Shown: piece by piece, positions 13,718-27,159 of the stretch
Numbering within the stretch: the first letter of the stretch is position 1
How the letters are laid out: the number at the start of each line of letters is the position of its first letter
Source: Vicugna vicugna
Lineage: Eukaryota
NCBI GenBank assembly: GCA_013265495.1
Contig: MU058059.1
Location: 1,649,502 to 1,713,501, forward strand
DNA: 64,000 bases
Reading direction: 5' to 3'
Position numbers and translations under genes: made by a program
Notes under the pieces: model-generated
Seen by the model: the letters and a program-made list of their open reading frames with translations, nothing else
The model's database searches: none
Told to the model about the DNA's origin: nothing

Positions 13718-14188
13718 GTTATTCCTGTGGCTCTCTAAAACCAAATTTCCTCATGTGTCTTTTTTCCTTCCTCAAATATGAAAAAAAAATATGGAGGGTT
13801 TTCAGTACAACATTTTTCCCCAGTAAACTCTCTTATCTGGGCAACAAAACAAAGGTAGGGAGGAGAGTCTCTTCTGTGTTCACCTTAAGGCCATCAAACT
13901 ATGTTTTTATCTTGTGCTGAAGCAAATGCCTGGGCATCACTGTATTTCTTTCTTTATAATGAAGGCTTTATTATTTTTTAATGACCTGGTCATCTTTGCC
14001 ATGAGCCTGCGTATCCGAAGTGAACCACCAGTGCTGTAGGCACACGGGCTGCAAGGTCTCAGAGGAATCATTAGCCTTGCCACCGCCCTGGGAAGAACCA
14101 TGGTCTCTATCAGTCCGTTTCCCACCCACAACCCTGCCCCGGGCTCCTGATGTGGGCTTACCCCTAAGGCAGGAAAATAGCAGCCTGC

Positions 14189-14451
14189 TTTTTTTTTTTT
14201 TTTGCAGTATTATTGAGCACAGTCAGTTTATAATGTTGTGTCAGTTTCTGGTGTACAGCATCATGTTTTACTCATCCATATACATACATATATTCTTTTT
14301 CATTACAGGCTAATACAAGATATTGAATATAGTTCCCTGTGCTATATAGTGGGACCTTGCTGATCTATTGTATATACAGTAGTATGTATCTGTAAATCTC
14401 AAATTCCCAATTTATCCCTTCCCACCCCCTTCCCCCCTGGTAAACATAAGT
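14189..14451 (-). mobile_element. 5'-truncated L1 3' end
   Basis: Poly(T) and L1 3' UTR; flanking repeat gcagcctg(c/t)tttt on both sides. Confidence 0.85.
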
Positions 14452-15347
14452 GCAGCCTGTTTTTATTTGCAAGCTTCACAGTTAATTTTGAAATAATATG
14501 TTGTCTTCCCATGAAATCCTTGAGGTTTCTGTGGGTAAGTGCAGGTGGAGGCTAATTAAATCATCCGTTTCTGACGCCCCCCACCTCATCATGCAGGGCA
14601 TTGACAGTGGTGGTGGGGGACTTCTATTACAAGTCAACCAATTAGGAGCCCTGTACAGGATGTCAATTTAACAGTGCTATGAAAACTTCTGACTCTCTCT
14701 CAAGCATCAATCTCATGTTGGTCATCATGCTTGGATTCACTCCATTAGCTTGTTATTTCTTTTTCATCTGAAGGGTTTTTTTGATGTGTAAGAGTTCCTC
14801 ATTGGAGTGAAACCTCCCTGGTATCATCACTTAGCACATCAGAGGGAATTCGCTGATACCGGTGAGGAGGAAGACCCTTGAAGGTCTACCTTCAGGTCTA
14901 CCTTCCCTACCCCCAGGTTCTGAGAGAGGTAGGTGGTGCCATTGCAGGTACTTCACCAAGTATTTGGGGGTACTCCCAGTGTAAACTCTGGAACTTTTCT
15001 TTGGAAGGCTCTGCCAATTAGCTACTGCCTTGGAGTCTCTTTCACATTCAGCAGAAATGACAGTTCTGTTCTTTGAGATGTTAGTGTTCCCTCATTATTA
15101 CTTTGGAAGCAGCTTTATTTCACTGTTGCATTGTGTTCAAGTCACAGTATTTCATAAGAATCCTTAGAGGTCATCTCTTCTGGTTCTCCCTTCATCCTGA
15201 TTTTACAAACCAGGAAATGAGGGTCAAAGAGCTGAAGTGTCTTCCCTGGGCTCTGAGATGCCCCACCCAGTTGCCTGGTTTCTCTCCTTAAATATCTACA
15301 CGCACACTTAAGGATCCTGGGATTTGGAGGAGTCTAGTTTGGGATTC

Positions 15348-15463
15348 AGAGGGAAAGAAAGAGACAAGAAAGAAAGAAGGAGGGAGAGAGAGGGAAGGAG
15401 AGAAGAAATGAAAAAAAGGAAGGAAGGGGGGAAGGAGGGAAGGAGGGAAGGAAGGAAGGGAAA
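15348..15463. repeat. (GGAA/GAAA)n polypurine tract
   Basis: Direct reading. Confidence 0.9.
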
Positions 15464-15929
15464 CATACATTTCAGTTGGAAAAAAGGCATTAGGCGTACA
15501 GCTTTTGCCGGATCTTCAGATCCTCAAAGCTGTGGGAGGCCACCCCTCTGGGTACTCACAGCAGTGCACCAGGAGGTCCGGGGGGTGGGGTTTGCACTCT
15601 TGTTACAGACTTGTCAGGTAGTGACAAATGGAATAGTGTTCTCCATTTCCTCTCCCTTCTTTTAGGGATAGAAATCTCAACGGTGAGGGCGGAAAACTGG
15701 GAAGTACATTCGCAGTTCTCCCCACGGATACGTACAAGCCACCAAAAGTTTCTCCTCGCTTCGTTTAAGGACGACATCATTTTCCTGAGAGTCAGTACCA
15801 CCTTAGCCTCCCTTCCCAGGCTCCCGTGGCAGCCGGAGATCCCTGCTGGGGGGTGGGAGGGTGTTAAAGGAAGCTCTAAGAGGAGGAGACTCAACGGGAT
15901 GTAAAGAAATTGTCTTATTTGGGTTACCC

Positions 15930-16850
15930 TGAAAGCCGAGCCTAAGATGAAGCTGGGCGCAGGTAGTTGGTGTGGAGGTGGTCCCGGCAAAGAGCAGGGA
16001 GTGCGCGTGCGCACAGCCCACAGGAAGTGGGGCGTTTCCCCACGCTGCTATCGCCAGTCCCGCGCACGCCTCGGGCTGCTCCTCAGCCTGAGCGCGGCCC
16101 GGGCCTGCGGAGGAAGCGGAGAGGCCCAGGGACCCTGAGGCAGAGAGGGCGCGAGCCCCGCAGGGAGGGGCGGAGCAGGTGAGGCCGGCGGCTGGAGGGG
16201 CGCCGGGTGTGGCGCCCCGGATGCGGGCTGAGCCCCTGGGGCCGGGCTGAGCCGCACCTTCGCGGCCTCACCTGGGAGGAGCTCAAGTCACAGGCAACGT
16301 CTTAGCTCCCTGACCCCCTCCTGTGATATGGGGGATATACTGGTATGGCTCAAGAAAGACAGCAATCGGGACCTTGAAAACCTACAAGTATCAAGTTAGA
16401 AAGTGACTGTCCCCCAGAATGTCCTTTGGGTTTGACTGACAGATGCTAATTGGAGCCCGGAGCCTGCCCGGCAACCCCCGCCAGGGCGCCCCCCGGGCTC
16501 ACCTGTGCCCCTTTGCGCCCCTGGAACCCAGCTCCTACCACCAGCCTTGCCTCACAGGCCTCTGCCTTCAAGTTGTCACCCTCCGAGCCTCATATCAAAT
16601 TATATTTTTCTTTAAGGGACAAAAACAGTGAAGTTGTTCAACATTCGGGCTTGATGCCAGTCTCAAATCCCACCTCTGCCGCCCACCCACCATGCGCGCT
16701 GGCGACCGCAGCTCTGCCTGGTTTTGAGCATCCACGCACCGCGGATAACAGAACAAGAGCGCCTGCCTCGTGTGGTCGTTGCAGGGCTCGGCGAACACGG
16801 CGTCGGCAGAGCACAACAGCTCCACCACTTAGGGAAAGCCAGGTAACTAG
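15930..16850 (+). promoter_or_regulatory. CpG island promoter 1 with candidate first exons ending at 16178 and 16842
   Basis: CpG-dense; NRF1-like tgcgcgtgcgca 16002-16013; ETS caggaagt 16021-16028; kB-like ggggcgtttcccc 16029-16041; GC box 16167-16175; donors CAG|gtgagg (16178) and CAG|gtaact (16842). Confidence 0.75.
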
Positions 16851-16879
16851 CTGTGGTTGATACTACGACTTCTTGTGTT

Positions 16880-17525
16880 TTAGGCAGACTTAACTCTTGT
16901 CTCTAGAGTTCTCCAATATTCCCTCTTCTTAGTGTTTAACTCACTGAGAAGATGGTCCTGTCTCTTAATTTTCAGAAGCTAGCACAGCACCCAGCACATA
17001 GTAGGTCTTCTAAAATATTGTTTGAATGATTTAACGATTTCATAATACTTTCAGAAGCCCAAATTTCTTAACATGGCGTTCAGACTCCTCCAGAGTACGA
17101 CAATATTACTTTTTAATCCTCTCTGCCTCCTTCATACCTACACAGTTCCGATCCCATCCATAGACTCGCCCTGTGCTATTTGCTGCCGTAAGGAGTGCAC
17201 GCTGTTCCCAGCCTCATGTGGACTGTCCTCACCACTTGCTCTGCTTGGTGACTTTCTTTCCCTCCTAAGGGCTTCCTTGAATGTCACCACTTCTGTGAGT
17301 TCTTCCAGGCTCCTCCAATCCCCCAGGCAGAATATTATTGCTGCCGTTTTTTTTTTTTGATATGTTCTCCCAGTTCTTTGTTCTTTCATGTAGCACTTTT
17401 GAAAATAAATTGTGGTTGGTCCTAGGTATGTCTCCCTTTCTCCTTCCTTCAGTTGTTTGCCAGCTCCTCCTGGAATAAGAGCATCTTGACTGCCCGATAT
17501 GCAATAAATATTTGTTGAAAGTTAA
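16880..17525 (+). mobile_element. L2 fragments (two 3' ends)
   Basis: 'cagcacatagtaggtcttctaaaatattgtttgaatga' and 'caataaatatttgttgaa' L2 termini. Confidence 0.65.
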
Positions 17526-18315
17526 TGCCTATGACTTCGCTGCTTTGGGTGATGTTTACGTTTCTGTCTGCCACATCTCCTCAGGGTTCAGGAGGTTATT
17601 TCTCCCGGCCAGGCGAATCAAAGGCATTCGACTAGGTGGTCTGTGCCTGGAGGAGTCACAGATCATTAACCTTCTTCCCTGGTGCTCAGTGAGCAGTGTA
17701 ATAAGCCAGGCGTTCCTTTTGTAATCTTCCCTGTACTGTCGCCTCAAACTGGAGCCAACGGATCTGAAAGATGCTTACTGGGGGGTTGGAAACCCACATG
17801 TTGAACATCCTATCTGAAGTTTTCCGCAATTTGTGTTTCTTTATTCATTTCTTTGGGGGTGGGGAAAATGATAACTTTATTTTCACTAATGTCAAACTAA
17901 AATTGATCATTTTTTTCAAATTGGAAGGCAGACGACAAACCACTGCAATAGCCACAGTCCCTGTGATGTGGCCAGAATAAATCACAGATAGTTTCATGTG
18001 ATATTCCACATGTAGCAGATATCATTCATGCTAGCAGTACTCCAGAATTACAGCAGGTAGTGATTAGTGGTCCCAATTTATTTTTATATGTTGGAGTTTT
18101 TTCCTTATTTTTTTCATAGAAGAAGGGATTTTGATATTTGTGAAGAAACTGTAGGTCCTTGGAGGTAATCTTTGTTTTCTGGATGAATCCTAACACTGCC
18201 TTATATTACTTGAATTATATTTAACTATAAATAAATATAGTTACATTAATTATAGAATAATTTTAATAGCCATCTGAGTATTAATCTGAGAGTTTTTGTT
18301 TCTGTGCCTATACAG

Positions 18316-18623
18316 GCACCGGTATTTAGAGTCAGGTTTGGGGATGTGAAGGAAGAGGAATCATGAGTAAATACTGCCTAATGAAGGGGACTGGAACACC
18401 CAGGTGACCGCTGAACTCTGCTGCCTGCCTACTCCCTTCAGTCGTCACGGGTCAGAGACCAGAGCACCCGACAAATCCCAGTAACTCTGTTCCCAAGCCT
18501 CCGTCTCTCTTGACTTCCACATGTCCCCCTTCCTCCCTCAAAGCCTAAATTCTGCATCAAAGTGCTTTCAGGGTTATTACCTTCTTGATTGGACTTAGTC
18601 ACATGAAACCAAAAGAGAAACAG
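18316..18623 (+). other. Candidate internal exon of a transcript from CpG island 1
   Basis: Acceptor tttttgtttctgtgcctatacag| and donor CAG|gtaatc (alternative donor CAG|gtgacc at 18403); motif evidence only. Confidence 0.3.
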
Positions 18624-18832
18624 GTAATCCTCTTCCACATTCTCTGAGGTCTAATTATTGTCAGGCAGCCCTTGAATCTAATCATTAGAGCGATGTGCAT
18701 TACACGTGCACACACAGACACACGTGGAAGAAGGGGCTTCAATAAGGCACGAATGTAAGCATACACTTTTGTACCTGGCATTTCAAAAATATTTTTTAAG
18801 TATTAGATCTTTGCACTAAGAAATGCAATATA

Positions 18833-18867
18833 TAAAATTATTATAAATCGATAAAAAATGTTAAAAA
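18833..18867 (+). mobile_element. Ultra-short (35 bp) L1 3' terminus
   Basis: TSD aagaaatgcaatata at 18818-18832 and 18868-18882; insert resembles the reverse complement of the L1 terminus at about 6402-6438. Confidence 0.85.
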
Positions 18868-19134
18868 AAGAAATGCAATATAGATTTAAAATTAGTTTGC
18901 ATTGATGCATAGTTAAATAGACTTGTCAAGTCTTAACTTCAGTTTTTTAAAATGAACATACTAAATTTAAAATTAATTCACAACATCTATTGATGGACAC
19001 AGTATCTGTTTTTATGACAACTTCAACTGTCTTTATGACAACTTAAAGTGTGACAGGACCAGAATACATGTAGTTTCAGATAATCTGTCAGTGATATCAC
19101 TGTCATGTAAAATGACAGAGATGTGATCATTTAA

Positions 19135-19265
19135 ATGACCCTGAAGTAGGTTATATTTCCCATTTTATAGATGAGGAAATTGAGTTTCAGAGAATTTTTA
19201 AGTAATTTGCCCAAGATTACAAACTGGCAAACAAATTTGAACACAGATGTGTCTGGTTCTAAAAC
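19135..19265 (-). mobile_element. MIR
   Basis: MIR core 'cccattttatagatgaggaaattgag'. Confidence 0.75.
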
Positions 19266-19350
19266 TCATGTAGACACAGATATGTTACCATTCCGTCTCG
19301 TCCAGTAATAACTGTTCTCTCCTATTTTGTCCCTGCCTTCTGACTTCCAG

Positions 19351-19407
19351 ACCCTAAGAACAAAACTAAACCTGTGTGAAGAGAGAGCTCAAAGGACATT
19401 CAGTTCA
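19351..19407 (+). other. Candidate 57-nt exon
   Basis: Long polypyrimidine acceptor ...ccctgccttctgacttccag| and donor TCA|gtatgg; motif evidence only. Confidence 0.25.
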
Positions 19408-21847
19408 GTATGGACTTTATATGAGTCAAATGTGCTTCATCTTTGATACTATGTCTTCAAGAAAAAAAAATCTAAAGAGATAAACTTAAATGAGTAAATC
19501 CAAACTATATTTATTGCCATGACTTATACTAAACCTTCTTTGCCCTTGTGTGAACTGTTACGGTAATCTCCTCACTGATTTCTGTGTCTCAGTCACTTCC
19601 TCTTTGATCTGTTTTATATTCTGCCTCCAGATAAATCTTCACAAAGTGGCACACTTTTGTCTTCGAAAACCTAGGGTTTAAAATTCACAGTTCAGATCTC
19701 CTATCCCTCTGAATAACGAGAGTACGTTATTTACACTACTCCTGGGATACCTCACTCATACACTCTTGTGATTTAGCAAATATGTACACAAATTATATTT
19801 CTGTCTAGAATGTAAGCATTTTGAGAGTTGAGCCCTTAAATATGTAGCCAAAGTAGACACTTCATAAATAATTATCAAATTTGGAGTTTTCCACAAGGCA
19901 GCAGAAAAATGTATTATTTTTGTTCGGTAGCTGGCTCTTCAGTGGAGCTCAGCTCAGTCCTGCTGTACAGTCCGAACCAGCTCAGACACCTGCCACCATC
20001 TCATCTTGGTTATTTACCCAGAGCGCCCTCCCTCCTTTATTTCAACCCTCTATTCCTTGGGCTCTTCTTCCATAATCCCCTGGCTCTGTCCTCCAGCCAC
20101 TAAATCCTATTTCTGACCTTGCTGGATTTGACAGCACATTCAGGTTCCAAATGTGATTCTCTAGCTCTGATTCCTGGCATCTCGTCTTGGACCCAGTCAT
20201 TGTCAACTGTCTTGTAACTTGTGCCAGTAACTGTGGGTATCCCTTCCGTCACAACCTGGCTTGTGGAACTAACCCTGAGCCAAGCTACCTGAACTCCTGC
20301 CAGGGAACACAGATCAAACACGTTGTCCGAAATATCAAACACATTGTCTGAAATACTTAAAGTACTTAGAATTCATGATGCACTGAGTACTGGGTGGATT
20401 AACAGATGGGAAGTCACTGGGCTTCTCAGACAGCAAAGTATGGTTGATTAGAATGCCTTAGAAAGCCACGCCTCCTTGAACTGAAGAAGGATGCAAGAAA
20501 AACAGGACCTGAAGTGTGATGGAAAGGTCCTTAGCTTCAGAATCCAGGCACAAAGGTTCCATTTTTTAGTACTGTCAGAGGCAGGTAGTAATGTCTAACG
20601 TGTACCTTGAGGGCCCTGGAGAGGGTCAAGTGAGATGATAAGTATGAAAGTTCTTTGCCAACTCTAAATGTTATAAGATAGAACCAAAAGCCCAAGGCCC
20701 TTCTCTGTGATGTTTCCCATGTGCACAATGAAGATGTTAGATCAGAGCATTGTAGACAGACCCCTCCAGGGCTGCGAGAGGTAAGCGTATGCCCCTCCAA
20801 GTCTAAGAGAGCTTCCAGCCCTGTGTCTTCACACTGGGCCAGTCTTGAGGTTGCTCCTTCTCCTCCTCTGAGGATTCACAGATGCAGTAACTGGGCACAA
20901 AGAGGTCGCCTGACCTGCTCAATGTCACATGGCCAGAAATGAGGGGTCAGTGACACCTATCCCCTCCTCTGCTCCTACAGCAGACATGCTCGTACCACTG
21001 CCCGGATCTGCTGGGTCCCACCTATCCTTCCAGGCTCTGGTAGCTCCCACAGCAGCTCCCACAGTCCCAGGGTGCTGGGGCCACCCATGGCTCGTTGTCT
21101 TATCCTCTGATGCCAGCCATCCTTCCCGCACTCCTGGGAAACGTGGGCTAGGCTGAGGCATGGGCCCCACTGCACCTGCTGTACTGGGAGCCACCACAGC
21201 TCCAGTGCCCCCTCTGCCTTGCCCGGACCCCCAGCGGAGCCGGTCTCCAGGAGCTCCTGGAGGGGCTGCACCTCACCAACCCAAAAGCTCAGGGGAGATA
21301 GGCCCCCACTGGGGTGGTCTGGAGGAGAATCCGGCCTGTAAAATGTTTGTCCTTCTTATTCCCAATAGGAGAAGGGGCTTCGAACAGCATCCTGTCTGTG
21401 GCCGATGCAAAAGAGCAGCTGCTGTGGTTCCTTGAGAACCTCTGGCCAGCTCGGTCATGGACCACTTTGCATCTGCTTTCCCTCCTTCCTGCCTCACTCT
21501 CTCTGTTCCCTCACTCACTGCCCTGAGATCGCACTCCCAGGTCAAACACTGGCACCAGAGCTTTGTCGTAGGTTCTGAGTTTTAGAGAACCTGAGCGAAC
21601 AGATTCCCAAGACTTTGACCAGATCGTTTCTCATTTCTGGCAGTATGTAGCCTTGTTTCTGAGTGTTTTCTGTTTTACATATATATATATATATATATAT
21701 AAAACCAAGATGCATCATCATACACATATTTTCCTTAGAAAAAGGACTGGGTGGCAAAATAAAAAGTCACACCAAAGAATTTAACCAATAATCACTCAGT
21801 TAAAAAAAAACTACAGGATTTTGCATTAAAATTATAGAACTCTTAAA

Positions 21848-22057
21848 GAACATGGTCCTACTGTATAGCACAGGGAACTATATTCAATGCCTTGTAATAG
21901 CGTGTAATGAAAAAGAATAGGAAAAAGAAGAAAAAACAAACAAAAAGGAAAAAAGAAGACTAGGAATAGGAATATATGTATGTATAACTGAAAAACTACT
22001 CTGTACACCAGCAACAATCACAATGTTGTAAACTGACTATACTTCAATTTAAAAAAA
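21848..22057 (+). mobile_element. L1 3' end
   Basis: 'ggtcctactgtatagcacagggaactatattcaa...aactgactatacttcaatttaaaaaaa'. Confidence 0.85.
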
Positions 22058-22335
22058 GTCATAGCAGTCACATTCACTGGTCAAATATGTGTGTGTTTGG
22101 TCTGCTCTTTGAAGAGGTAATTTGATTTTAAAAGGGCCCTGGAGGATTGTGTTAGGTAGTGTCTAAAAGTCCGCCTCCAGTATTTTACAGTTTAGAACAT
22201 GCAACCTGTTAGTTACATTTTGTTTCTGAGCATTTTTGAAGGACACACTATGATAAAGTATTTTATGACATTTAATTTTTTATTGGTCATTAGGGACATA
22301 TATATTATTATCATTTGTTACAAGGCGTTCTCTCT

Positions 22336-22660
22336 TTTTTTAAATGAATGTATTTTTATTGAGATATCATTGGTGTAACATTGAGCTTGTTTTAGTTTAA
22401 TTTAGCGTTAGTTTAGGTGTCAGTCATTTAACGATTTGATATATTACAAAATGATCACCACATTAAGTTTAGTTAACATCCATCACACATAGTTGCAAAT
22501 ATCTTTTCCCCTTGTGATGGGAACTTTTAAGATCTACTGTCTTAGCAACTTTAAAATATACAGCATAGAATCGTTAACTGTAATCACCAGGCTGTACATT
22601 ACAGCCCCAGGACGTATTTATCTTATAACTGGCAGTGTGTACCTTTTGACTGCCTTCACC
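22336..22660 (-). mobile_element. L1MA-like 3' UTR fragment
   Basis: 'aaatgatcaccac...gaacttttaagatctactgtcttagcaactt...ttataactgg'. Confidence 0.75.
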
Positions 22661-25375
22661 TACGTGCTTTACTCAGAATGTGTGAGGACCAAGGGTTTTT
22701 TTTTTCAGCGGAATCCAACCTGAAAATAAAGAATCTATCCTTGGGTAACACACAGCTCCCGCTAACGCGTTACTGGAAGTAGTTTGCTGGAAGCAAATGT
22801 AATTAAGGTTGAGATTTGCAGGGATTTGTGTGATTGCATGTGGAGTCTTAGATAGCTAAGGCTGTGTGAGTGGTCGATGGAGTGCCTGTACTTCAGGTCT
22901 GAACACCGAGTAATCATAGCTGGAGAGAGCTGAAGGACCCCAGAGTCGGTCTGCAGCCCCGAGGCATGTGCTCATCAGCAGGAAAGAGGAACCAGGTTGG
23001 GTAAAGTCACCAGCCCAGAGGGAAATCTGGCTAAAACTCCAAGGCTTGAATCCCTTTGCTACACGTAATGGAATATTTTACCAAGAGACAGAACTGGACA
23101 CACATCATACAACATTTACAGTTTTTGTTTGGAAGTAAGTGTCTGTTGGAACCGTATACACGTTATTCCAAGGTTATTTACCATAAGGTTGTTTTTGTTT
23201 CCCAATTAGCCCTTTTGGTCCTTTTTACAGAATTCCTAGGAAAATATCTTGTTAGGATACCCTGAATGATGATCATGGGGAAGAGGAAACAGGAGGGCTC
23301 GGCACGCATTGTACTCCCTCTGCTCCGAGCTGAGGACCAGGGTGGGCCTGGTGGGGGCCAAGCAGAGAGACATGGGCCTAGGTGGGCTTTGATGGAGAGC
23401 TCGGGGTGGAGGGTTGTTGGAATAAGCAGGCTGCTCTCTGGTCCGAAGATGGCGAGCAGGAGAGTGGTCGGGACAAGGCTGTTTGTACAACTCATAGCTG
23501 GAGCTGTTGAGGAAGAGAGAGGGAGCATTCAGTCCACTAAGAAAGGTCAGACGACCCAAGGTGTATAGACGTGGGGGCTGGTTGCCCTAGTGGGGAAGCT
23601 GTCACAGGAGCCAATCGGGATTAAGCCACTGAGTTCCTACTTTGCAGACCTGCAATCCAGAAGCTGCTACAGAGCAGAAGGCTGAGACTGGTTTTGATGA
23701 GGATGGTGGCAGTTTGCAGGGGTGAGGATGTCCATTGTACGTCATCTGACAAGGCCATCTAGTGACAGCTCATCGTTGCCATCTTTGCTGATCTACCTTC
23801 ATTCTTTAAAGAGTGACTGATGTGGGATTTGACCCCCAGTTTTCAGTAAGTAGCATCCCTTATGGAATGATGCTTGAGTAAGGCTGTTTGGGTTTAAAAT
23901 GCCTTTAATGACACGTCTCTAAGCAGGTTCCTGACTTATCTGTGGTGAAACGGCAGATCTGGCTATGGAATCCTTGTATCCTTTAAACCTTACGTCCTGA
24001 GGTTTTCCATGGTGAAGCAAATCTCTGTTCTTTGACTCAGATGGTGCTGTCGATTGGCAGACTAGCTTCCCAGGGTCGGGCCTCTCTGCAGAGCCCAAGC
24101 TCACCTCTGGAGCAGGGGCCTCACGCAGGGGCTGTGCCTGAGCTGATGGCCTGTGGGAGACTGCTGGTGGGGTCTCCTGCCTGGGGGGTAACAGTAAGAG
24201 GGGAAAGGAAGCTAATATTCAGGAAGAGGGATTCAAGGATGATTATGGTTGGGAAAGGGGCAGAGCCTGGCCGGCCACCCTGGAACTCAGGCCGCGTTGG
24301 GGTAGGAGTGAGAGTGAGGGGCTGTCTGTTCCTCTGCTGGTGGGAGCACCAGGTCTGGGTGAGGACAGACTGGAGCGGGGACCATTTGCCAGAGCTCATG
24401 CCCAGGGGTCACACTGCATGTGGCATCCTGGCCACCCTCTGCTGTACAAGACAAATCCCAAAGCTGTCAGCGGTCCATCTGTACAACATACTTAACTCAC
24501 AAAAGTAGTAACAGATCTCACAGAATAAAAATAGTCTAGTGAAAAAAAAAAGGAGGGGGAGCAGAGGCAGTGTAAAACCACAGATAGAGATGCTCTGTTC
24601 CCCACTTCACTGAACTTGGGGGCTTTTCATTTTAGACCAAAAGACGGAACATTCTGACGTATAAATGAATCTTGAAGCTTCCCAATGTGCTGCTTCTCTG
24701 CAGTTAGTGAGCAGTCTGCACTTCTCTCCTTTATGCAGAACGTAGTTCTCCTCTGCCCACTGCTTCCCTCCGGTGACTGCAGGGTCTGGCGGTGCCCACG
24801 TGCATGAATTGCCTTCCTAAGAGATGATCTCAGGGAAGCATTTCTCAGCCCTCCTGAGCTAAGCTGCAAGAATTTCTATGGTTTCTTCCATCTTTCCCTT
24901 CCAACAGTGGAGTTCCATGGATCTAGGCATTGAAATTAATAAGCATCTCAGCCCGCCATGGGCCAGTCTTTCCTCAAACCATGAATTTCTGTGGTATGAG
25001 GGTTTAAGAAGAGGAGGTTAAGGAGTCAGATTTCTTAGTGTGAATTTATTTTGCTCTGGTGTGGGTGAAATATCAAAAACATCTGGTGGCAGCCATGTTG
25101 ACAATTTGCTTTATCTGATTTTTATAGGCTTGTTTTTAGATGGAGATATTTCTTCTGTAATAATAATGCACAATTCTTTGAAAACAGATGAGAAATTCAA
25201 GAGTATCAAGGAAATGTTTTAACCAATTCTCTTCCTAAAGAGTGAGGGCCCAAGGGAAAACTGAAGCCCAGCATCACAGAGTCAGACTCCTAAAAGGGAA
25301 TTTAGTGACGTGTCTGAGTTGGAGATCCACTGGTGTATAAAGAGATCACCTGCCATCAGGATGGGATCTACACTG

Positions 25376-25779
25376 TGGACCTAAAGGTGATCACACTAAG
25401 TGAAGTAAGTCAGACAGAGAAAGACAAATATCATGTGATATCACTTATATGTAGAACCTAAAAAAATGACACAAATGAACTTATCTATAAAACAAAAAGA
25501 GACGCACAGACATAGAAAACAAACTTATGGTTACCAGGAGGAGTCGGGGGGAGGGATAAACTGGATATTTGGGATTAGCAGATATAAACTACTAGATATA
25601 GATTCGACAAACAACAAGGTCCTACTGTACAGCACAGGGAGCCATATTCAATAGCATGTAATAACTTATAATGAAAAAGAATATGAAAAGGAATATATAT
25701 GTATATATAACTGAATCACTATGCTGTACACTAGAAACTAACACAACATTGTAAATTAACTATACTTCAGTAAAAAAAA
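25376..25779 (+). mobile_element. L1 ORF2 end plus 3' UTR
   Basis: 'ctaagtgaagtaagtcagacagagaaagacaaatatcat...' through the A tail. Confidence 0.9.
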
Positions 25780-27159
25780 TATGGACTGTACACTGGAACA
25801 GCATTCTGTAGGAGGTGACTGGCCCATAAGCCGGTGGCTACCTCATCCATCACTCCTGGGCACCCGATGTGCATATTTACCTGCCCACGGGACGACCCCA
25901 CCTGGCGGCACCACAGGCTTCTCAGCCATGCAGGCAGAACTCACCACGCCCCACACTTGTACCCTCCACTCCTCTTTCTCATCCACTGAATGCACTGCGT
26001 TTGGTTACCAAGTTCTATCTGCTTGGAACAGTTTATTTCTTTACAAGTACATTTCCAGCCTCAAGAAGCTGGAGGGACTGTTTAGTAAGGGACTCACCGC
26101 AGGAGTGGGCTGTGTCCTCTGGAATTTGGTCACGACCTGCCCTTCAGTTTGTTGGTCGCCATCTCATCAGCCATGTTCCCATCTCCAACACTCTCCTTGT
26201 CACCTCTTTAAGGCAGTGCCCATTTGCCCTGTTTTTTGTCTCTCCACCTTCTTATCTCATTGTGTTTGGCTGCATCCCTCCCCACAGAGAATCTCCATGC
26301 ACTGGCAGACTGGTAACAGGATTGTCTTTGGTTGGGTCCCCAGCATCGGCCCCCATCTTGTGCTTCGCTGGCACACATTTTCCCTCCGTGATATCTGGGG
26401 CTGTGTCTGGGGACCTGAACCTAGAGATTGGCTCAGGAACTGTCATTGTCCCCTTTCCTTCTCCCTCACAAAGGACCCCGAGTGCACGGGGGTGCATGGA
26501 GTGTTCTCAGTAAGAGTTGGGTAAATAAACAATTGAATGACCAAGTATGCTAATGAAAGATGAATCAGGGAGATAATATTTTAATTTCAGGTTAACAATC
26601 CATTCTTCAATCCATCCTCTCTACCTTTCAGGTAGTTCACTTTAATCTGAGATAACCAAAAAGCCTGGTTTTAGAGACAGTAAAAACATTACTTAAAGAA
26701 AATGGAAGCTAAGTTTGCAGGGGGCATGGGAAAATCACTGCTCACTCGAGTTTCAGCAGACTAACCAGCAAGGCTCTTAAATTGCTCCCCATGTATTTTT
26801 TTGTTTCGGTAATTAAGGAGCTTAGAGGCTCCAGTTCATCCCAATGTCTTCCTAAGTCCAAAGAGGATTGGGACTCTTAGGAGAGCCAGAATCTTGGCCT
26901 CAGTATGAACCCCAACATAAGCCCACCTGCTGGTGGAAAGTTAGAGAATGAAGGAAAACACTAGAAGTCTGTAGTGCTTTCCTGCCTTCCTTTGCCTCTG
27001 ATCCTTCCTGATTCTGCTTTCTTCCCCCTTAACTCATCCACATTCAGAAATACTAATGCTGCTCTGAACCAGTGTACTTGTAGGCGTCTATATAAAACTA
27101 CATTTATTTGTCTTATAGCTTAAGACTATTTCAGCGGAAATTCAATATAATAAAGGTCT

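Noticed and set aside
24523..24551. AATAAA followed by an A-run (retrocopy end?)
   Set aside because: No matching upstream TSD or recognisable mRNA-like body was found.
25781..26524. Longest ORF (247 aa) and the overlapping 214-aa ORF
   Set aside because: It starts right after an L1 tail and ends in an L2-like 3' terminus. Two frames are open together in C/T-rich sequence, and there is no recognisable domain.
23750..26940. Several CTCF-like motifs (about 23753, 25897, 26922)
   Set aside because: Only partial matches by eye; they cannot be distinguished from background without a PWM scan or ChIP data.
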